64,000 nucleotides of DNA from Rhodospirillales bacterium (GTDB lineage Bacteria > Pseudomonadota > Alphaproteobacteria > Bin95), in contig JAYQLI010000035.1 in NCBI GenBank assembly GCA_038143065.1, forward strand, positions 1,952,894 through 2,016,893. The letters run 5' to 3'. A program made the position numbers and the translations under genes. This document shows, one piece after another, positions 1 to 13,933 of the stretch (positions within the stretch are counted from its first letter, which is position 1; each line of letters opens with the position of its first letter). The notes under the pieces were generated by a model, which was not told the DNA's origin, ran no database searches, and was given only the letters and a program-made list of their open reading frames with translations.

Positions 1-751
1 GCTCTCAAAAATGCTAAAAAAAAAGGGTGCTCAGATCTGCCTTCTCTCCAATGGGCCACGCCGCGTCTCCGCTATTCTTTCACGGCTGGATGAAATGGGA
101 GTACCGCGCGACGCCTATGATCATGCAGTAACCTCGGGCGAAGCCACTTGGAACGCACTCGCCAATCCGACAGATGCCTGGCATCAAGCACTCGGAAAAA
201 AATGCTACCACCTTGGACCAGAGCGTGACAGTTCTGTGCGTGAAGATGCAGGACTTGAGATTGTAAGTCGACTGGAAGATGCAGATTTCATTGTAAATAC
301 AGGGGCTTATGAAAATGCAGACCCTCTTGAAATGTATGAAGATACGCTTCAACGCGCGGCAAAAATGAAGCTGCCAATGGTTTGTGCAAACCCTGATTTA
401 GTAGTTCACGTTGGTGATTTTTTATCCATTTGTGCCGGTCTCATTGCCGAGCGTTACACGGCGATTGGCGGGAATGTTGCATATCATGGAAAACCGTTTC
501 CAAGTGTCTATTCAATGTGCTTTCAACTTTTAGAAATTTCAGATCCTGCACGGGTGCTTGGAATTGGCGATGCTATCCGTACCGACGTTGCCGGTGCTAA
601 GGGCGTGGGAGCTGACGCACTCTTCTTAGCAGGTGGCATCTACAGAGAGAACTTTGGAACAGACGACCCTTCACCAAAAGCTGTTAAAGCTGCGGCGGCC
701 GAGGAAGGAAACCCAATGCCCGACTATTTGCTCCCACAACTTGTTTGGTAG
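1..751 (+). CDS. HAD-superfamily class IIA hydrolase (TIGR01459-like), N-terminus cut by window edge
   Basis: Motifs LLSNGPR, CANPD, GKP and IGDxxxTDVxGA; the N-terminal DxD motif is absent and the frame is open to the window start. Confidence 0.85.
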   Translation, partial: LSKMLKKKGAQICLLSNGPRRVSAILSRLDEMGVPRDAYDHAVTSGEATWNALANPTDAWHQALGKKCYHLGPERDSSVREDAGLEIVSRLEDADFIVNTGAYENADPLEMYEDTLQRAAKMKLPMVCANPDLVVHVGDFLSICAGLIAERYTAIGGNVAYHGKPFPSVYSMCFQLLEISDPARVLGIGDAIRTDVAGAKGVGADALFLAGGIYRENFGTDDPSPKAVKAAAAEEGNPMPDYLLPQLVW

Positions 752-760
752 CTAAAAGTC

Positions 761-2014
761 ATGTCCCAATCAGAAATGACTCTTGGCCGAATTGCTACAA
801 CAGTTCTTCTGCCCTTTGGCTGCGGATATTTCCTCTCCTACCTCTTTAGGGCTGTGAATGCTGTGGTTGCGCCAGATCTGATCGCGGATGTAGGCATTTC
901 GACTGAAGGGCTTGGCCTGTTGACAGCGGCATACCTGATTGCTTTTGCCGCTTTCCAAGCACCGCTGGGAGTCTTGCTCGACCGTTTTGGGCCAAGACGC
1001 GTTCAAGGCTCCTTGCTAATAGTGGCTGCAGGGGGTGCTGCTCTCTTTGGCGCCGCCACTAATGAAACTGTTTTGATTATTGCCCGCGCCCTTATAGGAC
1101 TGGGCTTTGCAGGTGGCCTGATGGCAAGTTTCAAGGCGGTTGCATTATTTGCTCCACCAGGCCGCATACCACTTCTAAATTACTGGGTAATGGCGTTTGG
1201 TGGGGTTGGGGTGTTGGTAGCCTCTTATCCTGCTCATGCAACCGCAGAGATACTTGGTTGGCGTGGTCTTTTTTTTCTGCTCGCTGCCCTAACAACTGCA
1301 GTCGCGTGTTTCATTATTTTGGCAGCCCCAAGACGAGGTGAACCAGAGACTGGGACCAGTCTAGCCAACCAGCTTCTAGGTCTCAAAAAAGTGTACAGTT
1401 CATTGGAGTTTTGGAGAATTGCTCCCTATGTGATGACCACCGCTGGTGCACACATAGCCATTCAAACACTATGGGCTGCCCCTTGGCTTTCTGATGTAGC
1501 TAACCTGAGCCGCGGTGAAGTGGCAGGTGTGCTGACTGGTATGGCGGGAGCATTTCTTGTAGGCATCCTCGCTGGCGGTGCAGCTGCAGACTTAGTATCC
1601 CGCACCCTGGGGAAAGGTCCTCTCTTCGTTATGCATATTGCGATCGGGCTTTTCATAATATCACAAGCTCTGATTGTCTTAGGCTTCGTCGAATGGAAAT
1701 GGTCTATTTGGCTTGTATTTGGACTCACTGGTCAGCTTGGTGTGCTAGCCTACGCCCATCTTGCTGATCATTTTGGTCCAGAGCTTGCTGGCAGGTCTAA
1801 TACAGCGCTTAATCGCCTCCTGTTTGGTGCCGCAGCTGCTTTCCAATTTGGAATTGGAGCTGCGTTAGAACACTGGCCTATGGTCGAACAACAACGCCCT
1901 GCCGAAGCATATTCAGTAGTTTTTGGAAGCATCTTAGCTATTCAAATTGTTGCTGGGCTTTGGTGTTGGGCTTCAACCGCCATGCAATCTCGACCTCTAA
2001 ACAATAGTAATTAA
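761..2014 (+). CDS. MFS transporter
   Basis: About 12 hydrophobic segments; MFS motif A GVLLDRFGPRR. Confidence 0.9.
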   Translation: MSQSEMTLGRIATTVLLPFGCGYFLSYLFRAVNAVVAPDLIADVGISTEGLGLLTAAYLIAFAAFQAPLGVLLDRFGPRRVQGSLLIVAAGGAALFGAATNETVLIIARALIGLGFAGGLMASFKAVALFAPPGRIPLLNYWVMAFGGVGVLVASYPAHATAEILGWRGLFFLLAALTTAVACFIILAAPRRGEPETGTSLANQLLGLKKVYSSLEFWRIAPYVMTTAGAHIAIQTLWAAPWLSDVANLSRGEVAGVLTGMAGAFLVGILAGGAAADLVSRTLGKGPLFVMHIAIGLFIISQALIVLGFVEWKWSIWLVFGLTGQLGVLAYAHLADHFGPELAGRSNTALNRLLFGAAAAFQFGIGAALEHWPMVEQQRPAEAYSVVFGSILAIQIVAGLWCWASTAMQSRPLNNSN

Positions 2015-2192
2015 TAAAATTTAGCTCACGCTTACCCACTAAGACTCAAAAATCTACAAATCTATTTTGGATTCAAAAGGATAGCGCGGGCCTTATTTGG
2101 TGAAACTAAACTCGCCAACAACCTAAAAACAAATTTTAAAATTCCCAACTTAAGCTTGCTGTTGAAGAGAAGAGCGCATAATTCTCCCTATC

Positions 2193-3575
2193 ATGACAGA
2201 CGCTATTCACATCGTTGGTGGAGGACTTGCCGGCTCAGAGGCAGCCTGGGCATGCGCAAAAGCAGGCGTGCCTGTTATTCTCCATGAAATGCGTCCTAAA
2301 CAAAAAACGCCAGCTCACCAAACAGAGGGATTGGCGGAACTTGTTTGCTCGAATTCCTTTCGTTCAGACGACTCGGAGGCCAATGCTGTAGGGCTGCTTC
2401 ATTGGGAATTAAGAGCTGCCGGTTCGTTGGTAATGTCGTCCGCTAAACCAGCAATGGTGCCAGCAGGGGATGCACTCGCAGTAGACAGAGAAATATTTTC
2501 GAAGGCAGTGACAGCAGCTCTCGAAGCAGAACCACTCGTCGAGATAAGAAGAGAAGAAGTTAAGGAGCTATCCCCTGAAGACTGGACGAGCGTTATAATT
2601 GCAACCGGCCCGTTGACCAGTGATAGCCTTGCTAGTGCCATTAGAACCGAAACCGGATCCGAATCACTTGCGTTCTTCGACGCAATCGCGCCGATCGTTT
2701 ATGCTGATAGCATCGATATGACGAGAGCCTGGCGTCAATCACGCTACGATAAATTGGGGCCAGGCGGTACTGGTAAAGACTATATCAATTGTCCAATGAC
2801 GCATGATCAATATTGTGCATTCGTCCAATCCCTAATCACTGGAGACAAAACAGAATTCCGCGATTGGGAAAAGGAAACCCCTTACTTTGAGGGCTGCCTT
2901 CCGATCGAAGTTATGGCGGAACGCGGTATACAAACCCTGCGCTTTGGCCCCATGAAACCTGTAGGTCTTACTAACCCTCACAACCCTGAAAAGCCCTATG
3001 CAGTAGTTCAACTTCGGCAGGATAATATTTCAGGAACCTTATTCAATATGGTGGGCTTTCAAACAAAATTAAAGCACGGGGCACAAGCCGAAATTTTTCG
3101 AAAAATACCTGGGCTTGAACGTGCTGAATTTGCCAGGCTTGGTGGTATCCATAGAAACACTTTCATAAATGGGCCACACCTACTCGACAGCCAACTCCGC
3201 CTCAAATCACGACCTGCAATCCGCTTTGCTGGCCAAGTTGCGGGCGTCGAAGGCTATGTCGAAAGCGCAGGCCTTGGCCTAGTCGCCGGTTTCCTTGCTG
3301 CAGCCGAACGCCTAGGCCGTCCAACGTCCCCACCGCCAATAACCACGGCGCTAGGTGCGCTGGTAGCTCATGTTACGGGTCATTCGGCTGGACAAGAGGA
3401 GCGCCCAAGTGATTTTCAGCCGATGAACATCAATTTTGGAATTCTACCGCCCTTAGCTGGGCGCGCGCCTAAGGGCCGGCGAGGCCGTGTCGAGAGGCGA
3501 AAGATGATGACAGAAAGGGCCAAAGTTGATCTTCAGGCTTGGCTAGCCGGCACTAATACCGCGGCAGCTCAGTAA
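2193..3575 (+). CDS. trmFO: Folate/FAD-dependent tRNA m5U54 methyltransferase
   Basis: [49 protein letters not shown]. Confidence 0.96.
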   Translation: MTDAIHIVGGGLAGSEAAWACAKAGVPVILHEMRPKQKTPAHQTEGLAELVCSNSFRSDDSEANAVGLLHWELRAAGSLVMSSAKPAMVPAGDALAVDREIFSKAVTAALEAEPLVEIRREEVKELSPEDWTSVIIATGPLTSDSLASAIRTETGSESLAFFDAIAPIVYADSIDMTRAWRQSRYDKLGPGGTGKDYINCPMTHDQYCAFVQSLITGDKTEFRDWEKETPYFEGCLPIEVMAERGIQTLRFGPMKPVGLTNPHNPEKPYAVVQLRQDNISGTLFNMVGFQTKLKHGAQAEIFRKIPGLERAEFARLGGIHRNTFINGPHLLDSQLRLKSRPAIRFAGQVAGVEGYVESAGLGLVAGFLAAAERLGRPTSPPPITTALGALVAHVTGHSAGQEERPSDFQPMNINFGILPPLAGRAPKGRRGRVERRKMMTERAKVDLQAWLAGTNTAAAQ

Positions 3576-3578
3576 TAG

Positions 3579-4226
3579 TTAGGCTGGAGCCTTCTTATAA
3601 TAATGCCAAAGTAGAAGCGCAGCCGAACCGCGCCAAGGCCTCCACCGTTCAGCAATACCCATAGCTTGTTCCATAGTTGGCCTAGCATCCAATCCCTTCA
3701 CCCAGCCAATGGCGTTCATTAGGGCGAGATCAGCTGCAGGCCATACATCTGGTCGCCCTAGGGAAAGCAATAAATATACCTCCGCCGTCCAGCGACCTAT
3801 TCCGCGCAATTCTATGAGTTGAGCGATAGCTTCTTCATCGGACATACGCTCCAAGGCGGCAAAATTTATTTGTCCAGACAGTTCTGCATCTGCGAGACCT
3901 AACGCATATTCAGATTTGCGTTGGCTCAAGCCAAGTTCTCTGCAACCAGCTACACCCAATCTTTTAAAATTTTTGGCTGTTAATGGTTGACCCACTTTAT
4001 CCTCAACTCGCCCGTAAATTGAAGCCGCCGCCTTCACAGAAACCTGTTGGGCAATGATTCCACGAAGAAACATCGCAAATCCACGGGGACGCAGAGCGAT
4101 ATCTGGAGATCCTACTTCAGCAAGAACTCTGTTCATATCAGGGTCTACCTTAGCAACCTCAATAATGCCACGATGCAGCTCAATGGCTGCGTTTTCATGC
4201 GACATTGCTTGAGACGGAACTATCAT
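3579..4226 (-). CDS. DNA-3-methyladenine glycosylase II (AlkA family, HhH-GPD)
   Basis: IIAQQVS, LRGIGRWTAE, PAAD, WRPWRG. Confidence 0.9.
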   Translation of the reverse strand: MIVPSQAMSHENAAIELHRGIIEVAKVDPDMNRVLAEVGSPDIALRPRGFAMFLRGIIAQQVSVKAAASIYGRVEDKVGQPLTAKNFKRLGVAGCRELGLSQRKSEYALGLADAELSGQINFAALERMSDEEAIAQLIELRGIGRWTAEVYLLLSLGRPDVWPAADLALMNAIGWVKGLDARPTMEQAMGIAERWRPWRGSAALLLWHYYKKAPA

Positions 4227-5263
4227 CTTTGCGCAGGATCACCGCGCAATGCCCATACTGTCCAGACAATTGAGAGAAAAAGGAGAAGACCCATTACTTG
4301 GTGACTTGCAGCGAGTGGTATCCAGACAACCGATACTAATGTTGCAACACCGAGAGCAACCTGACATGCAACGGCTAAAGCCATAAGTGCTGCGGGAACC
4401 CGAGCTCCGGGAGCCTCTTCTCGTACCCTCAGCCATAAATAGAGGGTCGCGACTGCAGCCACAATTGCAGCCCAACGATGGATAAATTGTATGGTGCCAC
4501 GGTTTTCAATTGGATTTAGCCACCAAGGGTCTAGAGACCAGATATCCTCTGCCAGAAATTGACCGTTCATCAATGGGAAGTCGGTGTAAACCATACCTGC
4601 ACTGGTGCCAGCAACGAAAGCTCCAAATACTATCACAAAACCAACCCAGCAGAGCACAGCTTGAGCCAAGGTGACTAAGCTTCTTGGACCCGGCGCAGGC
4701 CGGTCGCTCAAAATTCCAAGAGCAGTCCAAATAAGAAGCCCTGCAATTAAGAAAGCCATTGAGAGATGAATCGATAACCGGTAGTGGCTAACATCTGGCC
4801 GGTCGACAAGCCCCGATCTGACCATCCACCAACCAATCAATCCCTGCAGTCCGCCCAAAGCCAAAAGAACTAAGAGTCGGCGTGACAGGGGTGGTTTTAC
4901 CCAACCTCTTAACCAAAACACGAGAAGAGGCACTGCAAATATTGCACCAATTAAACGGCCCCAAACTCGATGGATAAACTCCCACCAAAAAATTTCTTTA
5001 AACTCTGCCAAGGACATACCGCTGTTAATTTTTTGGTATTCCGGTGTTTGACGATATAGATCAAAAACCCGAAGCCATTCCGTATCTGTCCACGGTGGAA
5101 ACAGACCAATAAGAGGTCTCCACTCGACCATGGAGAGGCCAGATTCCGTCAGACGCGTTACACCGCCAATAACCGTCATAGCCCCTACAAATGCAGCAAC
5201 AATTAAGAGCCAATAACCAATCCAATGGCGTGCCTGAGGTGATAAATTCGGATAACTTGTCAT
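4223..5263 (-). CDS. ctaA: Heme A synthase (COX15/CtaA type 2)
   Basis: GGVTRLTESGLS, WWEFIHRVWGR, GWWMVRSGL, QFIHR. Confidence 0.95.
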   Translation of the reverse strand: MTSYPNLSPQARHWIGYWLLIVAAFVGAMTVIGGVTRLTESGLSMVEWRPLIGLFPPWTDTEWLRVFDLYRQTPEYQKINSGMSLAEFKEIFWWEFIHRVWGRLIGAIFAVPLLVFWLRGWVKPPLSRRLLVLLALGGLQGLIGWWMVRSGLVDRPDVSHYRLSIHLSMAFLIAGLLIWTALGILSDRPAPGPRSLVTLAQAVLCWVGFVIVFGAFVAGTSAGMVYTDFPLMNGQFLAEDIWSLDPWWLNPIENRGTIQFIHRWAAIVAAVATLYLWLRVREEAPGARVPAALMALAVACQVALGVATLVSVVWIPLAASHQVMGLLLFLSIVWTVWALRGDPAQR

Positions 5264-5467
5264 GGTTCACATCTAGACCCATCAACTAGTATCGCCGACG
5301 CGCCCGGTCGCCGCAGGGGTACGGTAGACGATCTAAGTACTGATTATGGACGAACTTAAATTATGTCCATGATGACGCCTTAGGGTTTTGATAGAAAAAG
5401 CGATGGCCCCAAGGCATAGAAGAAGCATAGACTAAAATGCACAACTCGCATTAGAGGAGCCCTCACC

Positions 5468-6637
5468 ATGCGCATTGCAAAAGTGGAAGCAACATGGCTG
5501 AGCGCGCCAATTCCACCAGAACGCCAGCACGTTTCGGACTTTGGCCGAATGACATCCTTCGACACGACGTTAGTGCGCCTGGAAACCGAAGAGGGAATTG
5601 TAGGCTACGGCGAAGCGAAAGCAGCTGTTGGTAGTCAGGCCAATTGTGCGGCTCTTGTAAATCTGATCGAGAAAGAATTAGGGCCCCAAATAATAGGAGA
5701 GGACGCTCGTCAAATTTCTCGGATCTGGGACATTTGTTATAACGGATCACGCGCCCACTATGCGCTAGATAGAGGGCACGCTTTTCCAATAATGGGCCGC
5801 CGAGGCATAACAATAGCAGCACTCGGAGGGATCGACATCGCCCTTTGGGATATTTTGGGCAAAGCCCTGCAAACTCCCATACACCAATTACTTGGAGGAA
5901 AGCGTAAAGATCATTTCCCTGCCTATGCCTCCGGCGGTTGGAAACCCGTAGATGGAATTGGCAAAGAGTTGCAGAGCTTCATTGAACGAGGAAATTTCCA
6001 GGCGGTTAAAATGCGCGTTGGATCACAAGACAATACGGTTGCTAATTCAATTGAGCGTGTTCTGGCAGCTCGGGACGCCCTAGGTCCAAATATTGATATC
6101 ATGGTTGATGCCCATGGCACATGGAATGTAGCCGAAGCAAAGCGCTTCGCCAGAGGGGTTCGTGACTGCACTCTCGCTTGGTTTGAAGAACCTGTTACAG
6201 GCGATGACAAACGCGGCATGTCGGAGGTACGTGCCGCTACAGATATACCTATAGCAGCTGGAGAGAGTGAGTTTACTCGTTTTGATTTCCGCGATTTAGT
6301 AGAAGCTCGTGCTGCAGATATCCTGCAGCCTGACCTAGCGATTGCAGGCGGTATCACTGAAGCAGTTCGAATTGGAGCGCTAGCAGCCGCCTGGAATCTG
6401 GGCTTTGCTCCACATTTGTGGACTGGGGCACTTGGATTCTCCGCTGGATTGCATGTCCTTTCTGCCTCTACATCAGGATGGATTGTCGAGTACAGCCTTG
6501 GCCACAATCCACTACTTCATGATCTTGTTGTAGAGGACTTCCCCGTTGTAGATGGCAAAGTCGAAATCCCGGACCGGCCAGGTCTTGGGGTTACAATTAA
6601 TGAAGATTTTGTTGAAGAAACCAAACAGCCAAAATAG
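5468..6637 (+). CDS. Mandelate racemase/muconate lactonizing (enolase superfamily) enzyme
   Basis: GIDIALWDILGK, KMR, MVDAH, WFEEP, AAGE, LQPD, PH, PDRPGLG; SD GAGGAG. Confidence 0.9.
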   Translation: MRIAKVEATWLSAPIPPERQHVSDFGRMTSFDTTLVRLETEEGIVGYGEAKAAVGSQANCAALVNLIEKELGPQIIGEDARQISRIWDICYNGSRAHYALDRGHAFPIMGRRGITIAALGGIDIALWDILGKALQTPIHQLLGGKRKDHFPAYASGGWKPVDGIGKELQSFIERGNFQAVKMRVGSQDNTVANSIERVLAARDALGPNIDIMVDAHGTWNVAEAKRFARGVRDCTLAWFEEPVTGDDKRGMSEVRAATDIPIAAGESEFTRFDFRDLVEARAADILQPDLAIAGGITEAVRIGALAAAWNLGFAPHLWTGALGFSAGLHVLSASTSGWIVEYSLGHNPLLHDLVVEDFPVVDGKVEIPDRPGLGVTINEDFVEETKQPK

Positions 6638-6707
6638 GCGACTTGCTTCATTAGTTGTGACAGGTAGAGTGCCCAGAGAACAATTTCTGACGAAGATGTG
6701 AGTTGCT

Positions 6708-8135
6708 ATGTACATAAATGGTGAATGGCGAAATGCCCTTTCCAAAAAATCATTCGAGAGCATTAACCCAGCTACTGGAGAAGTAATCGATGCTGTTCCG
6801 GACGGTAATGCAGAAGATGCAAAACTAGCAATTGACGCAGCGAACAACGCCTTCCCAAGCTGGGCAGGAAAAACTGCATATGAGCGTTCAGCTATTCTCT
6901 ACAAAGCATGGCAGCTTATGAGTGAACGCAAGGGTGAACTTGCGCGTTTAATGACAATCGAACAGGGAAAACCGCTCCGCGCCGCTGCCAATGAAACACA
7001 GTATGCTGCTGACTTCTTACTGTGGTACGCAGAGGAAGCTAAACGTGTTTATGGGGAGACAATTCCATCAGCACGTGGAGATCAACGCTTTATAATTTCA
7101 AAAGCCCCAGTAGGTGTCGTCGCAGCAATTACACCTTGGAATTATCCAATTTCTATGCTGACCAGAAAATTAGGTCCAGCTCTGGCGGCAGGTTGCACAG
7201 TAGTTTTAAAACCGGCTGAAGCTACACCTCTCTGCGCAATTGCAGTCTACAAAATACTCGAGGAAGCTGGCGTACCTCCTGGAGTAATTAATTTAGTCAC
7301 AGCGAAAGATCCGAAACCGATTGGCGATGTATTCACCAGTGATCCACGCATTGCAAAGATTACTTTTACTGGCTCCACCGCAGTTGGACGGACATTAGCC
7401 AAAGAAGCGGGACATAATCTCAAACGGATCAGTATGGAACTTGGGGGTCATGCTCCATTCATTGTATGGGAGGATGCTGATCCGACTCACGCGGCAAAGG
7501 GTGCCAGTCTCGTAAAGTTCTTGAACACGGGCCAAGCCTGCATCAGCCCAAACCGCATGTTCGTCCATGAAAACCAGGCGGAAGCTTATGTTGCGGAATT
7601 AACCAGTCGCGTCGAACGCCTTCGCGCTGGCAATGGACTCGATGATGGTATTGGAATTGGGCCACTGGTGAATGAAGCTGCCGTGGCCAAAGTAGAAAGA
7701 CAGGTAGAAGATGCTCGGTCGAAAGGTGCAAAAGTAATGTGCGGCGGGCATCGACTGATGGAATCTGGTCTCGACAAAGGGCATTTTTACGCTGCAACAG
7801 TTTTGACTGATGTCACCCCCGACATGCTCATCTACAGAGAAGAAACATTTGGGCCTGTCGCTGCGGTGGTACCATTCAGGGATGGCGATGATGTATTAGC
7901 GATGGCTAACGACACGCCTTATGGGCTCGCAGCCTACGTCTATACCAACGATATAGCTAAGGCGATGCGAACAGTTGAAGGGCTTAACTTTGCCATTATC
8001 GGGGTCAATGACATCAACCCAACTTCGGCAGCAGCTCCCTTTGGTGGAATGAAATCGTCGGGTTTAGGCCGTGAAGGGGGACATGAGGGAATCGAAGAAT
8101 ATTTAGAATCTAAAACAGCTGGTTTCTCAATTTAA
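6708..8135 (+). CDS. gabD: NAD(P)-dependent succinate-semialdehyde dehydrogenase-like ALDH
   Basis: ITPWNYP, FTGSTAVG, MELGGHAP, NTGQACI, EETFGP, PFGGMKSSGLGREG. Confidence 0.85.
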   Translation: MYINGEWRNALSKKSFESINPATGEVIDAVPDGNAEDAKLAIDAANNAFPSWAGKTAYERSAILYKAWQLMSERKGELARLMTIEQGKPLRAAANETQYAADFLLWYAEEAKRVYGETIPSARGDQRFIISKAPVGVVAAITPWNYPISMLTRKLGPALAAGCTVVLKPAEATPLCAIAVYKILEEAGVPPGVINLVTAKDPKPIGDVFTSDPRIAKITFTGSTAVGRTLAKEAGHNLKRISMELGGHAPFIVWEDADPTHAAKGASLVKFLNTGQACISPNRMFVHENQAEAYVAELTSRVERLRAGNGLDDGIGIGPLVNEAAVAKVERQVEDARSKGAKVMCGGHRLMESGLDKGHFYAATVLTDVTPDMLIYREETFGPVAAVVPFRDGDDVLAMANDTPYGLAAYVYTNDIAKAMRTVEGLNFAIIGVNDINPTSAAAPFGGMKSSGLGREGGHEGIEEYLESKTAGFSI

Positions 8136-8179
8136 ATACTCTTAACTAGGCATTAAGCGAGCTGCATTAGGTATAAGAC

Positions 8180-8204
8180 TTTCCGCAGTTTTTTGCGGGA
8201 AAAA
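8180..8204. terminator. Short hairpin between convergent gabD and HMG-CoA lyase-like genes
   Basis: TTCCGCAG-TTTT-TTGCGGGA flanked by T/A runs; weak stem. Confidence 0.35.
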
Positions 8205-8266
8205 TGTTAACTAATATTTTTGTAGAGCTCGCGGTGGCTCAGCCGATGAGTAGATTATTGGGTAGC

Positions 8267-9240
8267 TCAAGCCAAAGCAGCTCTGGCCTTAGCTTCCCGA
8301 CGCAATGCTGAAAGCGCGCCACCCCGCATCACCTTTCCTGGAAGATCATGGCCAACCACATCCTCTGCAAGGCGAGCACACTCAATCAAAGCTTCCAGGT
8401 CAATACCGGTATCGATGCCCATTTCCTCGCACATAAAAACCATATCCTCAGTACAGACATTACCAGCTGCACCCTTATGGCCAGCAAAGGGACATCCACC
8501 AAGACCACCGACAGAGCTGTCAAATAAGTCGACGCCCATCTCTAAACCCGAATATACGTTGGCGAGACCACAACCTCGCGTGTCGTGGAGATGCAAACAA
8601 ATTCGCTTATCCGGCCAGCGGTTCCTTACGGCGCCAACAACCTGCTTCACTGAATGTGGTGTTGCCCACCCAACCGTATCGGCAAGGCTAATTATTTTGA
8701 TATCTACATCCTCACCCTCAGCAATGCCTAGTAGTTCTTCAAGACGCTCTACGACACGACTCGGCGCAACATCTCCTTCAAAATTACAACCCCAAGCAGT
8801 CATTATGGATGCGCGTGTAACTGGGATTCCATGCTGCTGATACACAGCGATCTGGTTGCGTTGGACCTCAACATTCTCCTTGAAACCGCGGTTTGTGTTC
8901 ATCCCCATAAAGGTTTCTGATGTTGTTGTAGAAATAGATCCAAACATATTCAGGCCATCTGCCTGAATAGCTCTTTGTAGACCCTTCTCATTCAGCCAGA
9001 GAACATGGTGGGCTACCCTTCTTTTCGCTTGAATCCCGCAACCACTTCATCCGCATCGGCCCACCCAGGAACCCGCTTTGGATTCACGAAAGACGCAACT
9101 TGGATCTTCTTCAGGCCAGAGTCAGTTAAAGCATCGATCAACTCAATTTTACGGGCTGTTGCTATAGGGCCAGGCTCAATCTGAAAACCCTCTCTTGGAC
9201 CTTCCTCTTGAATATCCACGTGCTTTGGCAGATCACCCAT
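8267..9240 (-). CDS. HMG-CoA lyase-like DRE-TIM metallolyase (one frameshift near 9017)
   Basis: EEGPREGFQ, SFVNPKRVP, ADTVG, LHLHDTRG, GGLGGCPFA, GNVCTED; adding one G joins ORFs 9013-9240 and 8267-8947. Confidence 0.85.
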
Positions 9241-9530
9241 GCCTCATACTCCCGGCTGAAATATTTTATCTAAAAGCGTAGATTATTAATTTCGATTTCG
9301 AAATAGAAGATGATCGAAGAAATTGCTCAAACTTCTTAGTTGGACTGGTATTCCAGCCCCGAACACGTCCCGATAAATCAATCAAAAAATCTAAGGGGTT
9401 TTCTTTATAAAGATGCTTACGAAATACTTGAGCAAATAATAAATTTTTTTGTAGGACTTTATCTAAGAAGTTCTTTCGCTACCTAGAATATGCCTTAAGT
9501 TAAGCTCGCTGGCGGAACACTTAGAAAATA

Positions 9531-9947
9531 TTAGTGCGAAGACCTGCGAATTGCCTCTAGCTTTCCTTGCGCAACGCCAAGTCGTCTCTCAGCATCGGCG
9601 CGGTCATTATCAGAAGCTGCATTCGCTAAATCGCTTTCTGCAGATCGCAGATCAGCCTCGGCATCACCAACATTAATCTCGGATACTCGAACAGCTGATT
9701 CCGCTAGGACTGTACATCGCTCCCACGTAACCTCAGCAAAGCCACCAGCAACAAAGATACGATCACTGACCTCCCGGCCATCATATATCTCTATCACGCC
9801 TGGACGCACACTCGCTATCAGAGGTGCATGACCAGGCAGAACACCAAAATCACCTTCTCCCCCAGGCACGACAACCATATCTACTGGCATCGATACCACA
9901 AGGCGTTCTGGCGATACTAACTCAAACGCGACTTTATTATCGGCCAT
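9531..9947 (-). CDS. atpC: F1 ATP synthase epsilon subunit
   Basis: FELVSPE, GDFGVLPGHAP, FVAGGFAEV; position after atpD. Confidence 0.96.
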   Translation of the reverse strand: MADNKVAFELVSPERLVVSMPVDMVVVPGGEGDFGVLPGHAPLIASVRPGVIEIYDGREVSDRIFVAGGFAEVTWERCTVLAESAVRVSEINVGDAEADLRSAESDLANAASDNDRADAERRLGVAQGKLEAIRRSSH

Positions 9948-9974
9948 TTCAGCCCCCAACTGATGGCAATGAGA

Positions 9975-12339
<2,365 letters not shown>

Positions 12340-12404
12340 GCGCGTTAGCTTCCCGCGTCAAACTAGGTTCGCTTAAAAGGACCTGTTGTCCTAAAAAGCC
12401 TCGA

Positions 12405-13933
12405 TTAAGCGAAATTCTTAACGAATTCGCCCAAAAATTCGCTCAACTTGGATTTATTGTCATCCGACAACTGACCCGTTGCATTCACGTCCTCCATCAG
12501 ACCTGCCAGCTTATCTCTGGCAGCGGAGAGCATTGCTGTTTCAAACCTTGTCACGTCGCGGACTGCCACTTGATCAAGGAAACCATTAACCCCAGCAAAA
12601 ATAGATACGACCTGTTCAGCAACTGAAAGAGGTGTGTATTGGGGCTGCTTCAGAATCTCTGTTAACCGCGACCCACGAGCCAACAGTCTTTGCGTTGCTG
12701 CATCTAGGTCGGATGCAAACTGACTAAAGGCTTCCATCTCTCTATATTGGGCTAGCTCAAGTTTAATCGAGCCGGCCACGGACTTCATTGCTTTAGTCTG
12801 TGCAGCTGAACCAACACGGCTAACAGAGAGGCCAACGTTAATTGCAGGCCTGATACCCTTATAGAACAGGTTGGTCTCAAGGAAGATTTGCCCGTCGGTA
12901 ATTGAAATAACGTTCGTTGGAATAAATGCCGATACGTCGTTACCCTGTGTTTCAATCACTGGTAATGCCGTAAGAGACCCGCCGCCGTTAGCATCCGACA
13001 TCTTAGCCGCGCGCTCAAGTAAGCGGCTGTGGAGATAGAAGACGTCACCAGGGTATGCTTCACGACCTGGCGGGCGCCGTAACAGCAGCGACATCTGTCT
13101 ATAAGCTGTAGCCTGCTTTGAAAGGTCGTCATAAATAATTAAGGCATGCATTCCATTGTCACGGAACCATTCGCCCATGGCGCAACCAGCATAGGGGGCT
13201 AAAAACTGCATAGGCGCAGGCTCAGATGCCGATGCTGCCACCACAATGGTGTATTCCATTGCTCCGTATTCTTCCAGGGTCTTGACGACCTGGGCAACGG
13301 ACGAGCGCTTCTGTCCAACCGCTACATAAATGCAATAAAGTTTGCGCTTTTCGTCATCGCCAGAATTTACAGTTTTCTGGTTGATAATCGCGTCAATCGC
13401 AACCGCTGTTTTACCAGTTTGACGGTCTCCGATGATAAGCTCGCGCTGACCACGACCAATAGGAACCAGAGCATCGAGAGCTTTAATTCCAGTCTGCATC
13501 GGCTCATCAACAGATTGGCGCGGAATAATTCCAGGGGCCTTGACCTCAGCTAACCGCCGCTCGGCTCCTTCAATTGGGCCTTTGCCATCAATCGGGTTGC
13601 CAAGACCATCCACAACGCGCCTAACAGACCTTTTCCAACAGGGACGTCAACGATATCGCCAGTACGCTTAACGGTAGCGCCTTCTTGGATATTTCTATCA
13701 TCACCGAAGATAACAACGCCGACATTATCTGTCTCTAAGTTCAGCGCCATACCTTTGGTGCCGTCCTCAAATTCAACCATCTCGCCCGCTTGTACCTGGT
13801 CAAGGCCATAAACACGAGCGACGCCGTCGCCGACAGAGAGAACCTGTCCAACTTCAGCAACGTTTGCCTCGGTCCCAAAGTTCGCAATTTCGTTCTTTAG
13901 GATTGCGGAAATTTCGGCAGCCCGAATATCCAT
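12405..13933 (-). CDS. atpA: F1 ATP synthase alpha subunit (one frameshift near 13620)
   Basis: [10 protein letters not shown]-terminus, [32 protein letters not shown]; one extra G restores LLGRVVDGLG. Confidence 0.97.
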
